Assembly: GCA_040289515.1 (NCBI GenBank)
Contig: PSLI01000007.1
Span: 29-64,028 of the forward strand
Direction of reading: 5' to 3'
Length of the DNA: 64,000 bases
From: Candidatus Sysuimicrobiota bacterium
Lineage (GTDB): Bacteria; Sysuimicrobiota; Sysuimicrobiia; Sysuimicrobiales; Sysuimicrobiaceae
This document shows, in pieces, positions 9,149 to 18,264 of this stretch. Within the stretch, counting starts at the first letter, position 1. The number at the start of each line of letters is the position of its first letter. Made by a program: the position numbers and the translations under genes. The notes under the pieces were generated by a model. That model did not search any database and was not told the origin of the DNA. It saw only the letters and a list, made by a program, of their open reading frames with translations.

Positions 9149-10639
9149 TCAGCGTGTCCCGGGCCGGCGGACGAACAGCGTCAGGCGCACCCCGTCGAAT
9201 TCCCAAAACAAGCTCACGCGGTGCGTGTGCGACAGTCTGCGGTATAGGGCCTCGAAGTGAGCGGGGGCCATGGGGTTGGCCTGCACCACCCACACGCGCG
9301 CGCTGCGCTGCGCTTCCTCTCGCACCGTCCGGGCGATCCGCTCGGGGACAGCGGGCTCCCACACAGAAGGCAGGACCACGTACTGCCCGCGCAACTGCGG
9401 GAGGTAGTAGTCCAGCCCCAAAAACTCCCACTGCGGGTACACCAACACCGAGTCGCCCGCCCGCAGCCTCGGCTTCAACACCGCCGCGAGGGACTTGCGA
9501 TCGCCCGCCCCTGCCGCCGGCCGTGCTGCCCACTCGCCCAGCGACCACAGGGCCAGCGCCACCACCAGGACCCACAGCCCCGCCACCACTCTGGGTGCGG
9601 CGGAGCCCGCGGACGGGCAGCGCGCCTCCAGGGCAGCGCCCACCAGCAAGGCCAGGTACGGGACGGAGAACGAGAAGTAGCGCGGGTAGGACACCGTGCG
9701 CCCGGACCACGCCGAAGCACCGCCCAGCACCAGCGCGGGCAGGACTACGCAGCACACGGCCAGGCGTGCTGCTTCCGGGCAAGTCCTGCACGCGCGCACA
9801 GCGGCAAGGGCCAGGACCAGGGCCACCGGGGCTGCCAGCAACACCTTCACGCCCAGCGGCGCCGAGGACGCCAGGTGGTAGCTGGCGGTCCCCATCACCC
9901 GCCCTCCAAACCCACCGACGTGCAGCACGTCCAGGACCAGGCTCGGTGTGGCCGCCGGCCTCCAGGGAGGTGCCATCCGGCCGCTCGTCATGTGGAACCA
10001 CAACACCGGCAGCCACGGCGCAAAGAACAGCAGCGAGCCAGCCAGCGCCCCCGCCACGCGTCGGAGCCCTCGCCACCCTCCCTGCCATGCTGCGAACGCC
10101 AGCAGGGAGCTGGCCAGCACAGATCCGAGGTAGTGCGTGTACAACAGGGCCGCGCCGATCAGCACAAGCCGCCAGAGCCCGCGCCCCGGCTCCTGCAGGA
10201 CGCGCAGGGTCTCGTAGCCGGCCCACACAAACCCGCACGCCAGCAGTGCGTAGCGGGTCGCGTCCGCCGCAGCTTCAAGGAACAGGGGCGAGCTCGCTAG
10301 CGTGAGGGAGGCCACCGCCGCCGCGGTCGTGCCGCACCCGTTCCGGGCCAGGGCCCACGCACCCCACGCAGCGGCGACCCCCGCCAAAGCAGACGGCGCC
10401 CGCAGGCTCAGCTCGGAGCTTCCAAACAGGTGTACCCAGGCTTTGAGCAGCAGCGGGTACAGGGGCGGGTGTGCGTCGTGCAGCCGCAGGAACGTCATGA
10501 GCTCGCGCCAGGGTAGACCCGCAGCATGCAGGGCGTACAGCTCGTCGAACCACAAGCTCCGGGTGCCCAGGAGCGCCCACACGGCACCCACGCCCGCCGT
10601 GGCCACCCACGCCGCAACACGCGGGGTCTCGCCCTTCAT
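9149..10639 (-). CDS. GT-C fold glycosyltransferase (family 39/83, ArnT/PMT-like)
   Basis: A multi-TM N-terminal half with SLWFDELY (DE-type motif in the first loop) and RAPSALAG helices, then a soluble C-terminal domain. The likely start is MKGETPRV at 10639. Confidence 0.75.
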   Translation of the reverse strand: MKGETPRVAAWVATAGVGAVWALLGTRSLWFDELYALHAAGLPWRELMTFLRLHDAHPPLYPLLLKAWVHLFGSSELSLRAPSALAGVAAAWGAWALARNGCGTTAAAVASLTLASSPLFLEAAADATRYALLACGFVWAGYETLRVLQEPGRGLWRLVLIGAALLYTHYLGSVLASSLLAFAAWQGGWRGLRRVAGALAGSLLFFAPWLPVLWFHMTSGRMAPPWRPAATPSLVLDVLHVGGFGGRVMGTASYHLASSAPLGVKVLLAAPVALVLALAAVRACRTCPEAARLAVCCVVLPALVLGGASAWSGRTVSYPRYFSFSVPYLALLVGAALEARCPSAGSAAPRVVAGLWVLVVALALWSLGEWAARPAAGAGDRKSLAAVLKPRLRAGDSVLVYPQWEFLGLDYYLPQLRGQYVVLPSVWEPAVPERIARTVREEAQRSARVWVVQANPMAPAHFEALYRRLSHTHRVSLFWEFDGVRLTLFVRRPGTR

Positions 10640-10735
10640 CACAGCCCTTCCACCCGCTGGGCCCTGCAGCCGGGGGTCGGTCACCATCCCTCCCCAACCA
10701 GTCTGCACGGCCCAGGAGCAGGTGGGGTGCCAGTT

Positions 10736-10761
10736 GGTACCTGGAACCAGTACCAGGTACC
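10736..10761. repeat. REP-like palindromic element, copy a (loop AACCAGTA)
   Basis: GGTACCTGG-AACCAGTA-CCAGGTACC, with 9-bp perfect arms. It lies between the GT-C start and the MNT-HEPN stop. Confidence 0.8.
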
Positions 10762-10766
10762 CGCGC

Positions 10767-11537
10767 TCAGCTTGCCGTCGGGTCCTGGCCGCTACGGACG
10801 AGGTCCGAAGCGACCTGCCAGCACCGCTGGGCAGCCCGGAGCGCTCGGTCCGCGTGATCCGGTCCCGGTAGGCCCTCCCGCCCAGTCCCCGGGGCCGCGT
10901 CCGGGTAGCGGGTGATCGCGTAGTACCCGTCCAGCTCCAGCAGAGCTTCCCGCATAGGGTCCAGAGGCGTCCGTCCCCAAGCCGGCAGCTCCGCCCAAAG
11001 GTCGTCGATTCGGTGCGTCCTGGGGACCAGTTGCCCGGCCCGGGTGAGCAGGGCCTTCAAAGATTTCTCCACGCACTGCTGCGCGTGAAAGCACACTTGC
11101 GCGTACAGCCCCTCCTCCAGCGCAAGCCGGGCCACCCGGAGGTCGTCCTCCGCGAAGGCCAACCACCGTTCCGCTTCCTGCTGCGGACGCAACGGCACCA
11201 CCCTCCCCCGTCGGACCATCTCCTCTCGCACGAAGGGCCTGTGTACGCTGAGCTCCCGCCACTCCTGGGGGGTGTAAACCAGCACGTCCAGCCCGACCCG
11301 TGCCCGCAACCGCTTTCGCAGATCCAAAGCCCGGTCGGCGAACTGGCGTTCCCCTTCCACAACGACGACGGCTAGGTCCAGGTCGCTCCAGTCATGTACT
11401 TGGCCCACGGCCAGGGAGCCGAACACCGTCAGGTGCAGCACGCGTGGGTCGTCGGCCAGGATCCGCCGGATCCTTTCCAGCTCGGCCAGCAGCTGATCCC
11501 GCCGCTGCACCGCTTGTCTGTCAGGTGGCGGGAACAT
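10767..11537 (-). CDS. Fused minimal nucleotidyltransferase (MNT) - HEPN domain protein
   Basis: N-terminal half FGSLAVGQVHDWSDLDLAVVV (pol-beta NTase GS...DxD). C-terminal half AEDDLRVARLALEEGLY...CVEKSLKALL...PRTHRIDDL (HEPN PF05168-like). ATG at 11537. Confidence 0.8.
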   Translation of the reverse strand: MFPPPDRQAVQRRDQLLAELERIRRILADDPRVLHLTVFGSLAVGQVHDWSDLDLAVVVVEGERQFADRALDLRKRLRARVGLDVLVYTPQEWRELSVHRPFVREEMVRRGRVVPLRPQQEAERWLAFAEDDLRVARLALEEGLYAQVCFHAQQCVEKSLKALLTRAGQLVPRTHRIDDLWAELPAWGRTPLDPMREALLELDGYYAITRYPDAAPGTGREGLPGPDHADRALRAAQRCWQVASDLVRSGQDPTAS

Positions 11538-11585
11538 GCAAACCCCGCATCTTGGGCCTCGATTCATGCTAGCACGGGGCGCCCG

Positions 11586-11611
11586 CGCACCCGGTACCGG
11601 TTCCAGGCACC
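11586..11611. repeat. REP-like element, degenerate copy b (loop TACCGGTT)
   Basis: cgcaccCGG-TACCGGTT-CCAGGcACC. The loop and right arm are conserved but the left arm has decayed. Confidence 0.45.
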
Positions 11612-11614
11612 CGG

Positions 11615-12052
11615 TCAGGGGGCGTCGTAGCGGATGCCGCCGCCTGGGTCCACGGTCACGGTAGCGGAGCCTGCGGGGTTGGAAAGGACGATGCGGTAGG
11701 CACCGTTCGGGCGGCCGAACGCGGAGAAGGTCACCAGGACACCGCCCTCGACCACCACGCCGCGCGGGAGGTCCGCCACGTGCACAAAGCCTCCGTCGTT
11801 CCGCTGGACCTGGTACCGCCCGGACCTATCTGTAAACGACACCTGGTAAGCCTTGCGCTCCGCTTTGGCGCGTTCCTGGGCTTCGCGGAGGTCGGTGGCC
11901 ACCTGCGCGGCGGCGTAGCGCAGGCTCTGGTGCGCCTGGAAACGCTGCCAGGAGGGGTACGCCAGGCCCAGAAGCACCGCCAGGATCAGCAGTGCCAGCA
12001 CCAGTTCTACCAGGCTTGTCCCGTCAGATCCTTTGGCACACACTTCCAGCAC
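11615..12052 (-). CDS. Type IV minor pilin, FimT/GspH-like (module 1)
   Basis: Prepilin leader MLEVCAKGSDG|TSLVELVLALLILAVLLG. GAGGAGG RBS before GTG 12052. Confidence 0.75.
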   Translation of the reverse strand: MLEVCAKGSDGTSLVELVLALLILAVLLGLAYPSWQRFQAHQSLRYAAAQVATDLREAQERAKAERKAYQVSFTDRSGRYQVQRNDGGFVHVADLPRGVVVEGGVLVTFSAFGRPNGAYRIVLSNPAGSATVTVDPGGGIRYDAP

Positions 12053-12109
12053 GCGCCTCCTCTGCTCTGTGACTTTTCGGCCACACGTCCGCCCGGCAAC
12101 CGCAGGCCG

Positions 12110-14284
12110 TCACGGCGGACTCCCCTCCCGCCACTGAGGCTTCGCTCCCGCCAGGCCCTCCGCCCGAATCGCTGGCAGAAGCGTCGTCGGGAAGTACGGC
12201 GGCGAAAACCCCCGGCTCATCCTCCGGTCGTACACGGTGTGCTCCGAGTAACCGCGCACCCCCCCTCCCACGACGCAACCCGTGACACCCGCGTATTCAA
12301 GGATCATACCTCCCAGAAGCCTCAACTCGCCCTTGTTCGGCAGACTGCAGACGTTCTCCACGAGCAGCTCGCTGTTCACCCCATCGCTGACGCCCGGCTG
12401 TCCCGCCATGAACACCCCGTGCAAGTCCAAGTTCTCCGGCGCCGCCGGAGTGATCCGGAGGCTCCCCAGCGGGGTGAAGACACCCAGCAGGTTCAGCGGG
12501 TTGTCGGATGGGTCGTACGGGTTGGGAGGTCGCTCATACCGCAAGTGACCTGTGATGTACACGTTGCCACGGACCGTAATCAGCGTCTGCTCCTTCTCCT
12601 CCAGCTGGCCGCTCAGCCCGTCTGGACCTCCGGTACCCAGGTTTCCATGGACATAAATGATCATCGCGTTCCTGTACGCCGACGTTCCCTGGTAGCCCTT
12701 CGGCACACCTGTGAAGGTGCGTGTCCGCGAGCCCGGCGGCCATGCGGAGTTCGTCACCGTGGTTCGATTGTTCTCCCGGTCCACGGTGACGGTGACCTCC
12801 TGCTCGTTCGTGTGCACAAAGTGATAGCAAGCGAGGTCCCGGTTCGGGCCGCACGGGTCCATCCTCAGCGACCGCAAATCACCCTCCACGTACACCCCGC
12901 CCGCAAGCGGCTCCCCCGAGTCTGAAACGGAGTTGCGGTTGGTGTCTGCGACCGGCACGTAGATTCCAGGGGGAACCGGGTCGGGCCCGTCTGCAAGCTC
13001 CGGCACCACACTCCGAATTCGCCGGTTCCACTGCGAGGCGCTCCAACCATTCGGAGTCGGGTCCCCAGGATCCCAGCCCAAGGCAATTGCCCGCTGGTTG
13101 AACGAGTTGGGCGGTACGGTGATGGGCTGGATTCCCGGAGTGTTTGGGTCGCCATCAAATCCCCGCTGGAACTGCGCCGGGCGGTTGTCGCTGTCGTCAT
13201 CGAAGTTCGACGGCGTACAGTCCGGCAAAACCGGAGCCGCGACGCGCTGGCCCCCTTCCACCCACTCGTTGGCCGCGAGGGTGACCTCGACGGGGCTCCC
13301 GGGCCTTCCGGGCAGCCGCCGGAACACCGCAAACGTGTCGGTGCTGGTCAGCCGCGTAGCCTGCACCCGCCCTTCGTCGCACGGCGAACCCACATCCGGC
13401 GTGCCGAACTTGGGGAAACCCCAAAAGCGGAACCGGCCGTTCGTGTGCACCGGACCGTCCAGACTCTCCGTGACATAGTAGTAGACGGCAGCGCCGTCGC
13501 TCCGGCTGAAAACATGGGTAAAGCTCAGCCATTCTGCAAAGCTCCTCCTGCTGATCTCAACCCGGAACTGGCCCTGCAGGCTCACGCGTCGACGGAAGGC
13601 TGGATCGACCTGCCCATCCGCCACGATCCGGTATTCCAGCGGGATGGTGTACGCCGCAGGACCCGTTTCGGTGTTGAGGTGGATGAAGCACTCGCTAAAG
13701 GGCGGGTTCGCGCGCTGCGGCGCGCAGGAGGGATGCTCCGCGCTCCGTCGCATAAGCACCACCGCAGCCCGGTACGCGCCGTCCCCCACGGGGTTCTGCG
13801 GAAACGTCCCAAGGGACAGGGGATCATCGGGCGGGACTCCGGAGCCCTTCGCGACGAACTCCAGCTTGAGTCGCGGCGTGGGACGCGACCAGTTCACACG
13901 GAACACGACCCACGCGTCCGACCTTTCAGGAGCGCTCACCCCCAGCGGCTGGCCGTCCACCTGCAGGTACGTCAGGAATGCGAGCGCGTTCTGTAAGTCC
14001 CGGTTCCCTCCCGCGTACCAGCCGGGTACGGTGCTGGAGATGTCTGCGGTGAACTGCGCAGCATCCGTCGGGTCGGCGTTGAGGACAGCCATGAGGGCGG
14101 CCCGGGCCGCCCAGGCACCGCCTTCCGCGATGTTCAGGCTCTGCGCGGCCCGGTACCGCACCGTGCTGAGCTGCGACTCCTGCCCGCTCAGGTACAGCAC
14201 CAGCCCTCCCAGCAGGCTCAGCACCAGGATCACGATCAGCACGGACAGCAGAGCCATTCCCGCCTGTTCTTTCCGTGCCCGCAT
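12110..14284 (-). CDS. Giant PilX-N-terminal-domain pilus protein, ComZ-like (module 1)
   Basis: ATG 14284 after GGAGGTG. MRARKEQAGMALLSVLIVILVLSLLGG...RYRAAQSLNIAEGG is a PilX_N-like start. It is followed by ~650 aa with beta-solenoid-like repeats (VYVEGDL, IIYVHGNLG, RGNVYITGHL). Confidence 0.65.
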   Translation of the reverse strand: MRARKEQAGMALLSVLIVILVLSLLGGLVLYLSGQESQLSTVRYRAAQSLNIAEGGAWAARAALMAVLNADPTDAAQFTADISSTVPGWYAGGNRDLQNALAFLTYLQVDGQPLGVSAPERSDAWVVFRVNWSRPTPRLKLEFVAKGSGVPPDDPLSLGTFPQNPVGDGAYRAAVVLMRRSAEHPSCAPQRANPPFSECFIHLNTETGPAAYTIPLEYRIVADGQVDPAFRRRVSLQGQFRVEISRRSFAEWLSFTHVFSRSDGAAVYYYVTESLDGPVHTNGRFRFWGFPKFGTPDVGSPCDEGRVQATRLTSTDTFAVFRRLPGRPGSPVEVTLAANEWVEGGQRVAAPVLPDCTPSNFDDDSDNRPAQFQRGFDGDPNTPGIQPITVPPNSFNQRAIALGWDPGDPTPNGWSASQWNRRIRSVVPELADGPDPVPPGIYVPVADTNRNSVSDSGEPLAGGVYVEGDLRSLRMDPCGPNRDLACYHFVHTNEQEVTVTVDRENNRTTVTNSAWPPGSRTRTFTGVPKGYQGTSAYRNAMIIYVHGNLGTGGPDGLSGQLEEKEQTLITVRGNVYITGHLRYERPPNPYDPSDNPLNLLGVFTPLGSLRITPAAPENLDLHGVFMAGQPGVSDGVNSELLVENVCSLPNKGELRLLGGMILEYAGVTGCVVGGGVRGYSEHTVYDRRMSRGFSPPYFPTTLLPAIRAEGLAGAKPQWREGSPP

Positions 14285-14294
14285 TCCGCACCTC

Positions 14295-14876
14295 CTACCG
14301 CGCGCGCAAGGCGACATCTCCCGTGAAGGTCCGGCTTGCGCCGTCCCGGGTCGTGGTCACCGTCACCCGGATCCGCGCAATGCCTGACGTGTCAACGGGC
14401 GAGCTCCCCAGGGAGTTGCCCCCCGCGTCGAAGTACTCGAAGACAAGGCCGTCCGAGCCATCCGGGCGCACCACGTGGTACGCGAGGATTTGAGGCTCCC
14501 CAGAAGGCGGGCAACCGACCAGGCCGGGGTCCAAGCTCTCGCGACGGGCCACCGCGTGCTGCCCCGCGTCGTACGAAAAGGTCACGCTGTAGGGGCTCCG
14601 TGCGGAGAAGGGGGTGTCCTGGGGGATCCTGACCGTCACGCAGGTGCGCCGCGCAACGTTCACCCCGCTGCCCCACCGGGCTTCGTCCACGATCTGGTCG
14701 AGGGCTGCCCGCACCTGCGCCTGGGTGAGAAGGAAAGCGTTGGTGTTGCGGGCAGCGTTGGCAGAGCTTGCCACCATCGCATAGATACCTGCCGTCACCA
14801 CCCCCAGCAGAACCAGGGCGAGGAGCAGCTCCAGCAGCGTCGTCCCGCGCTCTTGTGCTTCCCGGTGCCCGCCCAT
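14295..14876 (-). CDS. Type IV minor pilin, PilW-like (module 1)
   Basis: ATG 14876. MGGHREAQERG|TTLLELLLALVLLGVVTAG, then QAQVRAALDQIVDEARWG. Confidence 0.7.
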   Translation of the reverse strand: MGGHREAQERGTTLLELLLALVLLGVVTAGIYAMVASSANAARNTNAFLLTQAQVRAALDQIVDEARWGSGVNVARRTCVTVRIPQDTPFSARSPYSVTFSYDAGQHAVARRESLDPGLVGCPPSGEPQILAYHVVRPDGSDGLVFEYFDAGGNSLGSSPVDTSGIARIRVTVTTTRDGASRTFTGDVALRAR

Positions 14877-14884
14877 GGCTTCCC

Positions 14885-15334
14885 TCACTTGTCGTCCAGC
14901 ACGGTCGATAGCCGGACGAGGGGCTCCCTCGTGGGTGCTCCCCGTCTCCACACGGTGACCGTGACGGTGACCAGGGTCAGAATGTCGTCCCGGTTCATGT
15001 CCACGGCCAGCTCGAAGGCATAAGGGGAGGGGTTCGTGATCCCGCTGTAAGGAGCCGGCAGGGGCAGCGGGGTCCTGGGAAGAGGCGTCCAGTTCACCTG
15101 CCACACCGGGTTTGCGCTGGCGCGGATCTGTTCCATCACCTGGCTGGCTACGGTGGTGGCTGCCGCCCGCTCGTTGGAACGGGACGCGAACCGCATCCCC
15201 GCCAGCAGGGTGTACACCAGGAAGATGCAGGTGAAGGCGAACAGGGACACCGCCACGAGGAGCTCTACGAAGGTGAACCCGTCCTGGGACCGCCGCCCAG
15301 GTCGGCTCCTTAGATTTGCCGCCGGTACGTTCAC
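14885..15334 (-). CDS. Type IV minor pilin, PilV-like (module 1)
   Basis: GTG 15334 preceded by GGGGAGGAG. Leader ...RRSQDG|FTFVELLVAVSLFAF. Confidence 0.7.
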   Translation of the reverse strand: MNVPAANLRSRPGRRSQDGFTFVELLVAVSLFAFTCIFLVYTLLAGMRFASRSNERAAATTVASQVMEQIRASANPVWQVNWTPLPRTPLPLPAPYSGITNPSPYAFELAVDMNRDDILTLVTVTVTVWRRGAPTREPLVRLSTVLDDK

Positions 15335-15367
15335 TTCGTGCTCCTCCCCATTTCTTACGTACCTAAG

Positions 15368-15384
15368 AGCAAACAGCGTACCAA
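15368..15384 (-). promoter_or_regulatory. sigma54-type -24/-12 promoter upstream of minor-pilin module 1
   Basis: The minus strand reads TTGGTAC-GCTGT-TTGCT, with GG and GC exactly 12 nt apart. It lies 33 nt upstream of the GTG at 15334. Confidence 0.55.
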
Positions 15385-15553
15385 GTTTTGCTCGAACTGC
15401 GAGACCCAAGCGGGGAAACTCGCCCATCGAGCTGCCCCGGCTTCTTACAGCAAGTTTGAAATCCCCTGCTCCGGAATATACCCTTAGCCGTCGTTTTCCG
15501 GACTGGCCAGAAAGCCACTTTGGGTTAGCCGGGCGGGGGCGAAACTGTGTTCG

Positions 15554-16333
15554 CTACACTCGCGGATACCATGCGAAATACCACGCGAGCAGCTCCCGCC
15601 CCCACTCCGAGCCCACGAAGCCTCCCGCCGCCAGAAACGGGCCGAAGGGGATGACGTCCTTGCGGGCCTTGCGCCCGGTCGCTAGCAGCCACAGCCCCAC
15701 CGCGCCGCCTGCGAGGATCCCCGCAAAAACCCCTACCCCCACCCGCACGGGGTCCGTGAAGGCACCCAGCATGGCCGCCAGCTTCACGTCCCCCCCGCCC
15801 ATCCCGCCCTTGCTCAGCACCGCCACGGCCAGGAAAAACACGCCCGCTCCCAGCGCGGCCATCATTGCCTGCTCAACCCCCTTCGCCCCCGCCCGGGCGA
15901 AGGACAGCACAAGCCCCAGGACGATTCCAGGCAGGGTGATGCGGTCCGGGATGATCCGGTGCTCGAGGTCGATGAAGAACACAGGGACCAACAGGAACGC
16001 CAACGCCGCGCTTGTAAGGCCCGCCCAGCTGATCCCGTACCGCGCGTACGCGTACATGACCCCCGCGGCAGTCAGCGCCTCCACCAACGGGTACCGCCAC
16101 GGGATGGCAGCAGGGCACGAGGAGCAGCGGCCCCGCAGAACGACAAAGCTCAGCAGGGGTACGTTCTCCCACCAGCGCAGCACGTGGCCACAGGCCGGGC
16201 ACCGCGAGCCCGGCCGCACCACCGACTCCCCGCGGGGCAGGCGGTAGATGAGAACGTTGTTGAAGGAGCCCAGGAGGAGCCCGAGCACCCCCGCCACGCC
16301 CGCCGCGACCGGGTGTACGGACCAACCGTCCAC
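15554..16333 (-). CDS. pilD: Prepilin peptidase / N-methyltransferase (A24 family)
   Basis: LGSFNNVLIYRLP...CPACGH...RGRCSSC zinc-finger-like region and GGGDVKL active-site motif, with a multi-TM topology. Confidence 0.9.
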   Translation of the reverse strand: MDGWSVHPVAAGVAGVLGLLLGSFNNVLIYRLPRGESVVRPGSRCPACGHVLRWWENVPLLSFVVLRGRCSSCPAAIPWRYPLVEALTAAGVMYAYARYGISWAGLTSAALAFLLVPVFFIDLEHRIIPDRITLPGIVLGLVLSFARAGAKGVEQAMMAALGAGVFFLAVAVLSKGGMGGGDVKLAAMLGAFTDPVRVGVGVFAGILAGGAVGLWLLATGRKARKDVIPFGPFLAAGGFVGSEWGRELLAWYFAWYPRV

Positions 16334-16341
16334 GGGAATCC

Positions 16342-18264
16342 TCAGCCCTTGGGCTCCCCCGACCGCGGTAAGCTCCTGGGTGTCACCACGAACACCACTT
16401 CGGTCGTGCTCTGCGTCGTCTGGTCGCGCCGGAACAGGTACCCGATGATGGGAATATCGCCAAGCAACGGGATTTTGATGGTCGTGGTCCGTTCTTCGGT
16501 TCGAATCAGACCTCCGAGGACGATGGGACTACCGTCCCGGACCGTGAGGGTTGTGACGGCTTTCCGGGTGGATTTCCCCACCCCGGTGGCGAACTGCCGC
16601 GCCACGCCCACCTCTGTGAGGATCCGAACCGTAATCATCCCATCCGGGTTGATCTTGGGGGTAATATTCAGCTTTACACCCGCGTCGATAAACACCACCT
16701 GCGGGACACCCTGCGGTGTCACACCGGTCACGACCGGGATCTGGTCTCCGATGAATACCTCGCCCGCCTGTCCGTCCTTGGTCACGATGCGGGGGTTCGC
16801 CAGCAGCCTCCCCTTACCCTGGGAGATGAGTGTGTTGATCTGGACGAAGAAGTCAATGGCCCCCGTGCTTGGGTTGTAGAACACCTGGCCCTGCGAGGGC
16901 GTACCCGGGATGTTGAGCACGCTCATCTGCCACTGCAGGCCCAGGTCCCGAGCTACATCCACGCTCAAGTCGAGGGCGCTTGCCTCGATGAGTACCTGCG
17001 GGGTCGGCACATCCACCTGTGCAAGGAGCTGTTGTGCACGCTGGTGGTCTCCCTCCACCGCGGTCAGCACCACCGCGTTGTTCTGGTAGTCGAAGGTCAC
17101 CACCGCCGCTGGGCTCAGGTGGGCCTTCAGCAGGGAGACGATCTCGGCTCCAATCTCCCGGGCAGGGCCACCCTCCGGAGCCCGCAGGTCCGCGTTGAGC
17201 CAGCGCAGGGGGTAGATGCGCGTGGAAACCGCTGCTACGGGGACAGGCACGTCCAGCTGCTGCACGATCTGCGCCACTCGCTGGTGGTCCGAGGGCGATG
17301 CGATGACGACGATGGTGTTCGTGCGCTTGTCCACCGCCACCTGGGACCGCTCCACCACGGTGACCGGCGCCGCCGGGACTACGGGAGCCGGGGGTTGGCC
17401 CGGTGCCGGGGTGGCCGCCGGCTGCGGAACTGCGAGCCGACGGCCGAACAGGAGCGGCTCAATCTGCTTCGCCACGTCCTCCGCACTCGCGTGCTGCAGC
17501 CGGTAGTAGCGGATCTCCACGGGCTCGCCCGGGAGCTTGTCTTGTGGCAGCACCATGATGGTGGTGCCTACCCGGGTCCAGCCAAGGCCCAAGGGCTGGG
17601 CCAGAAGGTTCAGCGCTTCCTCCAGCGACACGTTCACGAGGCGCACCGTGACCTTCTTCTCCGCGGCTTCCGGGACCACCACGATGTTGAGGTTGGCCAG
17701 GCGCGCCAGGGCCGCCATCACGTCGGACAGCTTCGCGTCCCGAAACTCCAGGGTGTAGCGGACGGGGCGGGCAGGCTGCTGCGCCTGCGCGGTGGCTGCC
17801 GGCGGCACGGGAGGGGGGGAGGAAGCCGCAGGTCGGCTCGCAGTCCGCGGCAGGATGGCGATGGCCACGGCGTAGGCCCCCGGCACCGGCTCGACGGCGT
17901 ACGACCGCGGGGCTACGAGCTCCACCACGACCCGCACGGTGGTGTCGTTGAACTGCCCCACGCGGATCCGCGCAACATCCCGCGCACGCTGGGGCAGCTG
18001 GCCCGCGGGGATGCCCAGCTGCGCACCCAGAAGGTCCACCACGATCCAGGTGTCGGGTTTGCCGGCCCACTCCGCCACCCGGTGGCGCACCGGGCCGGAT
18101 GTGATCACCGCCACCTGGACCTTGTCCCCGAACTCCTTCACGGAGACCGCGGTGACGGTCACGAGTCCAGCGGAGGCCGGGTGCGTAGGCAGCCCCAGGA
18201 AGACCGCCAGCACCACGGCCAGGACTGTACAAGTTACCCCGCTCCGTCCAGTCCACGTGCTCAT
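16342..18264 (-). CDS. pilQ: Type IV pilus secretin with N-terminal AMIN domain
   Basis: Signal peptide and an AMIN-like region (VQVAVITSG...VVDLLGAQL...IRVGQF), followed by N-domains. C-terminal secretin core LLANPRIVTKDGQ...IPLLGDIPIIGYLFR. Confidence 0.9.
   Translation of the reverse strand: MSTWTGRSGVTCTVLAVVLAVFLGLPTHPASAGLVTVTAVSVKEFGDKVQVAVITSGPVRHRVAEWAGKPDTWIVVDLLGAQLGIPAGQLPQRARDVARIRVGQFNDTTVRVVVELVAPRSYAVEPVPGAYAVAIAILPRTASRPAASSPPPVPPAATAQAQQPARPVRYTLEFRDAKLSDVMAALARLANLNIVVVPEAAEKKVTVRLVNVSLEEALNLLAQPLGLGWTRVGTTIMVLPQDKLPGEPVEIRYYRLQHASAEDVAKQIEPLLFGRRLAVPQPAATPAPGQPPAPVVPAAPVTVVERSQVAVDKRTNTIVVIASPSDHQRVAQIVQQLDVPVPVAAVSTRIYPLRWLNADLRAPEGGPAREIGAEIVSLLKAHLSPAAVVTFDYQNNAVVLTAVEGDHQRAQQLLAQVDVPTPQVLIEASALDLSVDVARDLGLQWQMSVLNIPGTPSQGQVFYNPSTGAIDFFVQINTLISQGKGRLLANPRIVTKDGQAGEVFIGDQIPVVTGVTPQGVPQVVFIDAGVKLNITPKINPDGMITVRILTEVGVARQFATGVGKSTRKAVTTLTVRDGSPIVLGGLIRTEERTTTIKIPLLGDIPIIGYLFRRDQTTQSTTEVVFVVTPRSLPRSGEPKG

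Noticed and set aside
8727-10238. 503-aa minus-strand ORF, plus the plus-strand ORFs 9154..10305 and 9257..10300, overlapping the GT-C gene
   Set aside because: The translations are R/G/P/A-rich low-complexity with no motifs. These are typical shadow ORFs of a very GC-rich gene. The 9149..10708 frame has real TM helices and glycosyltransferase motifs.
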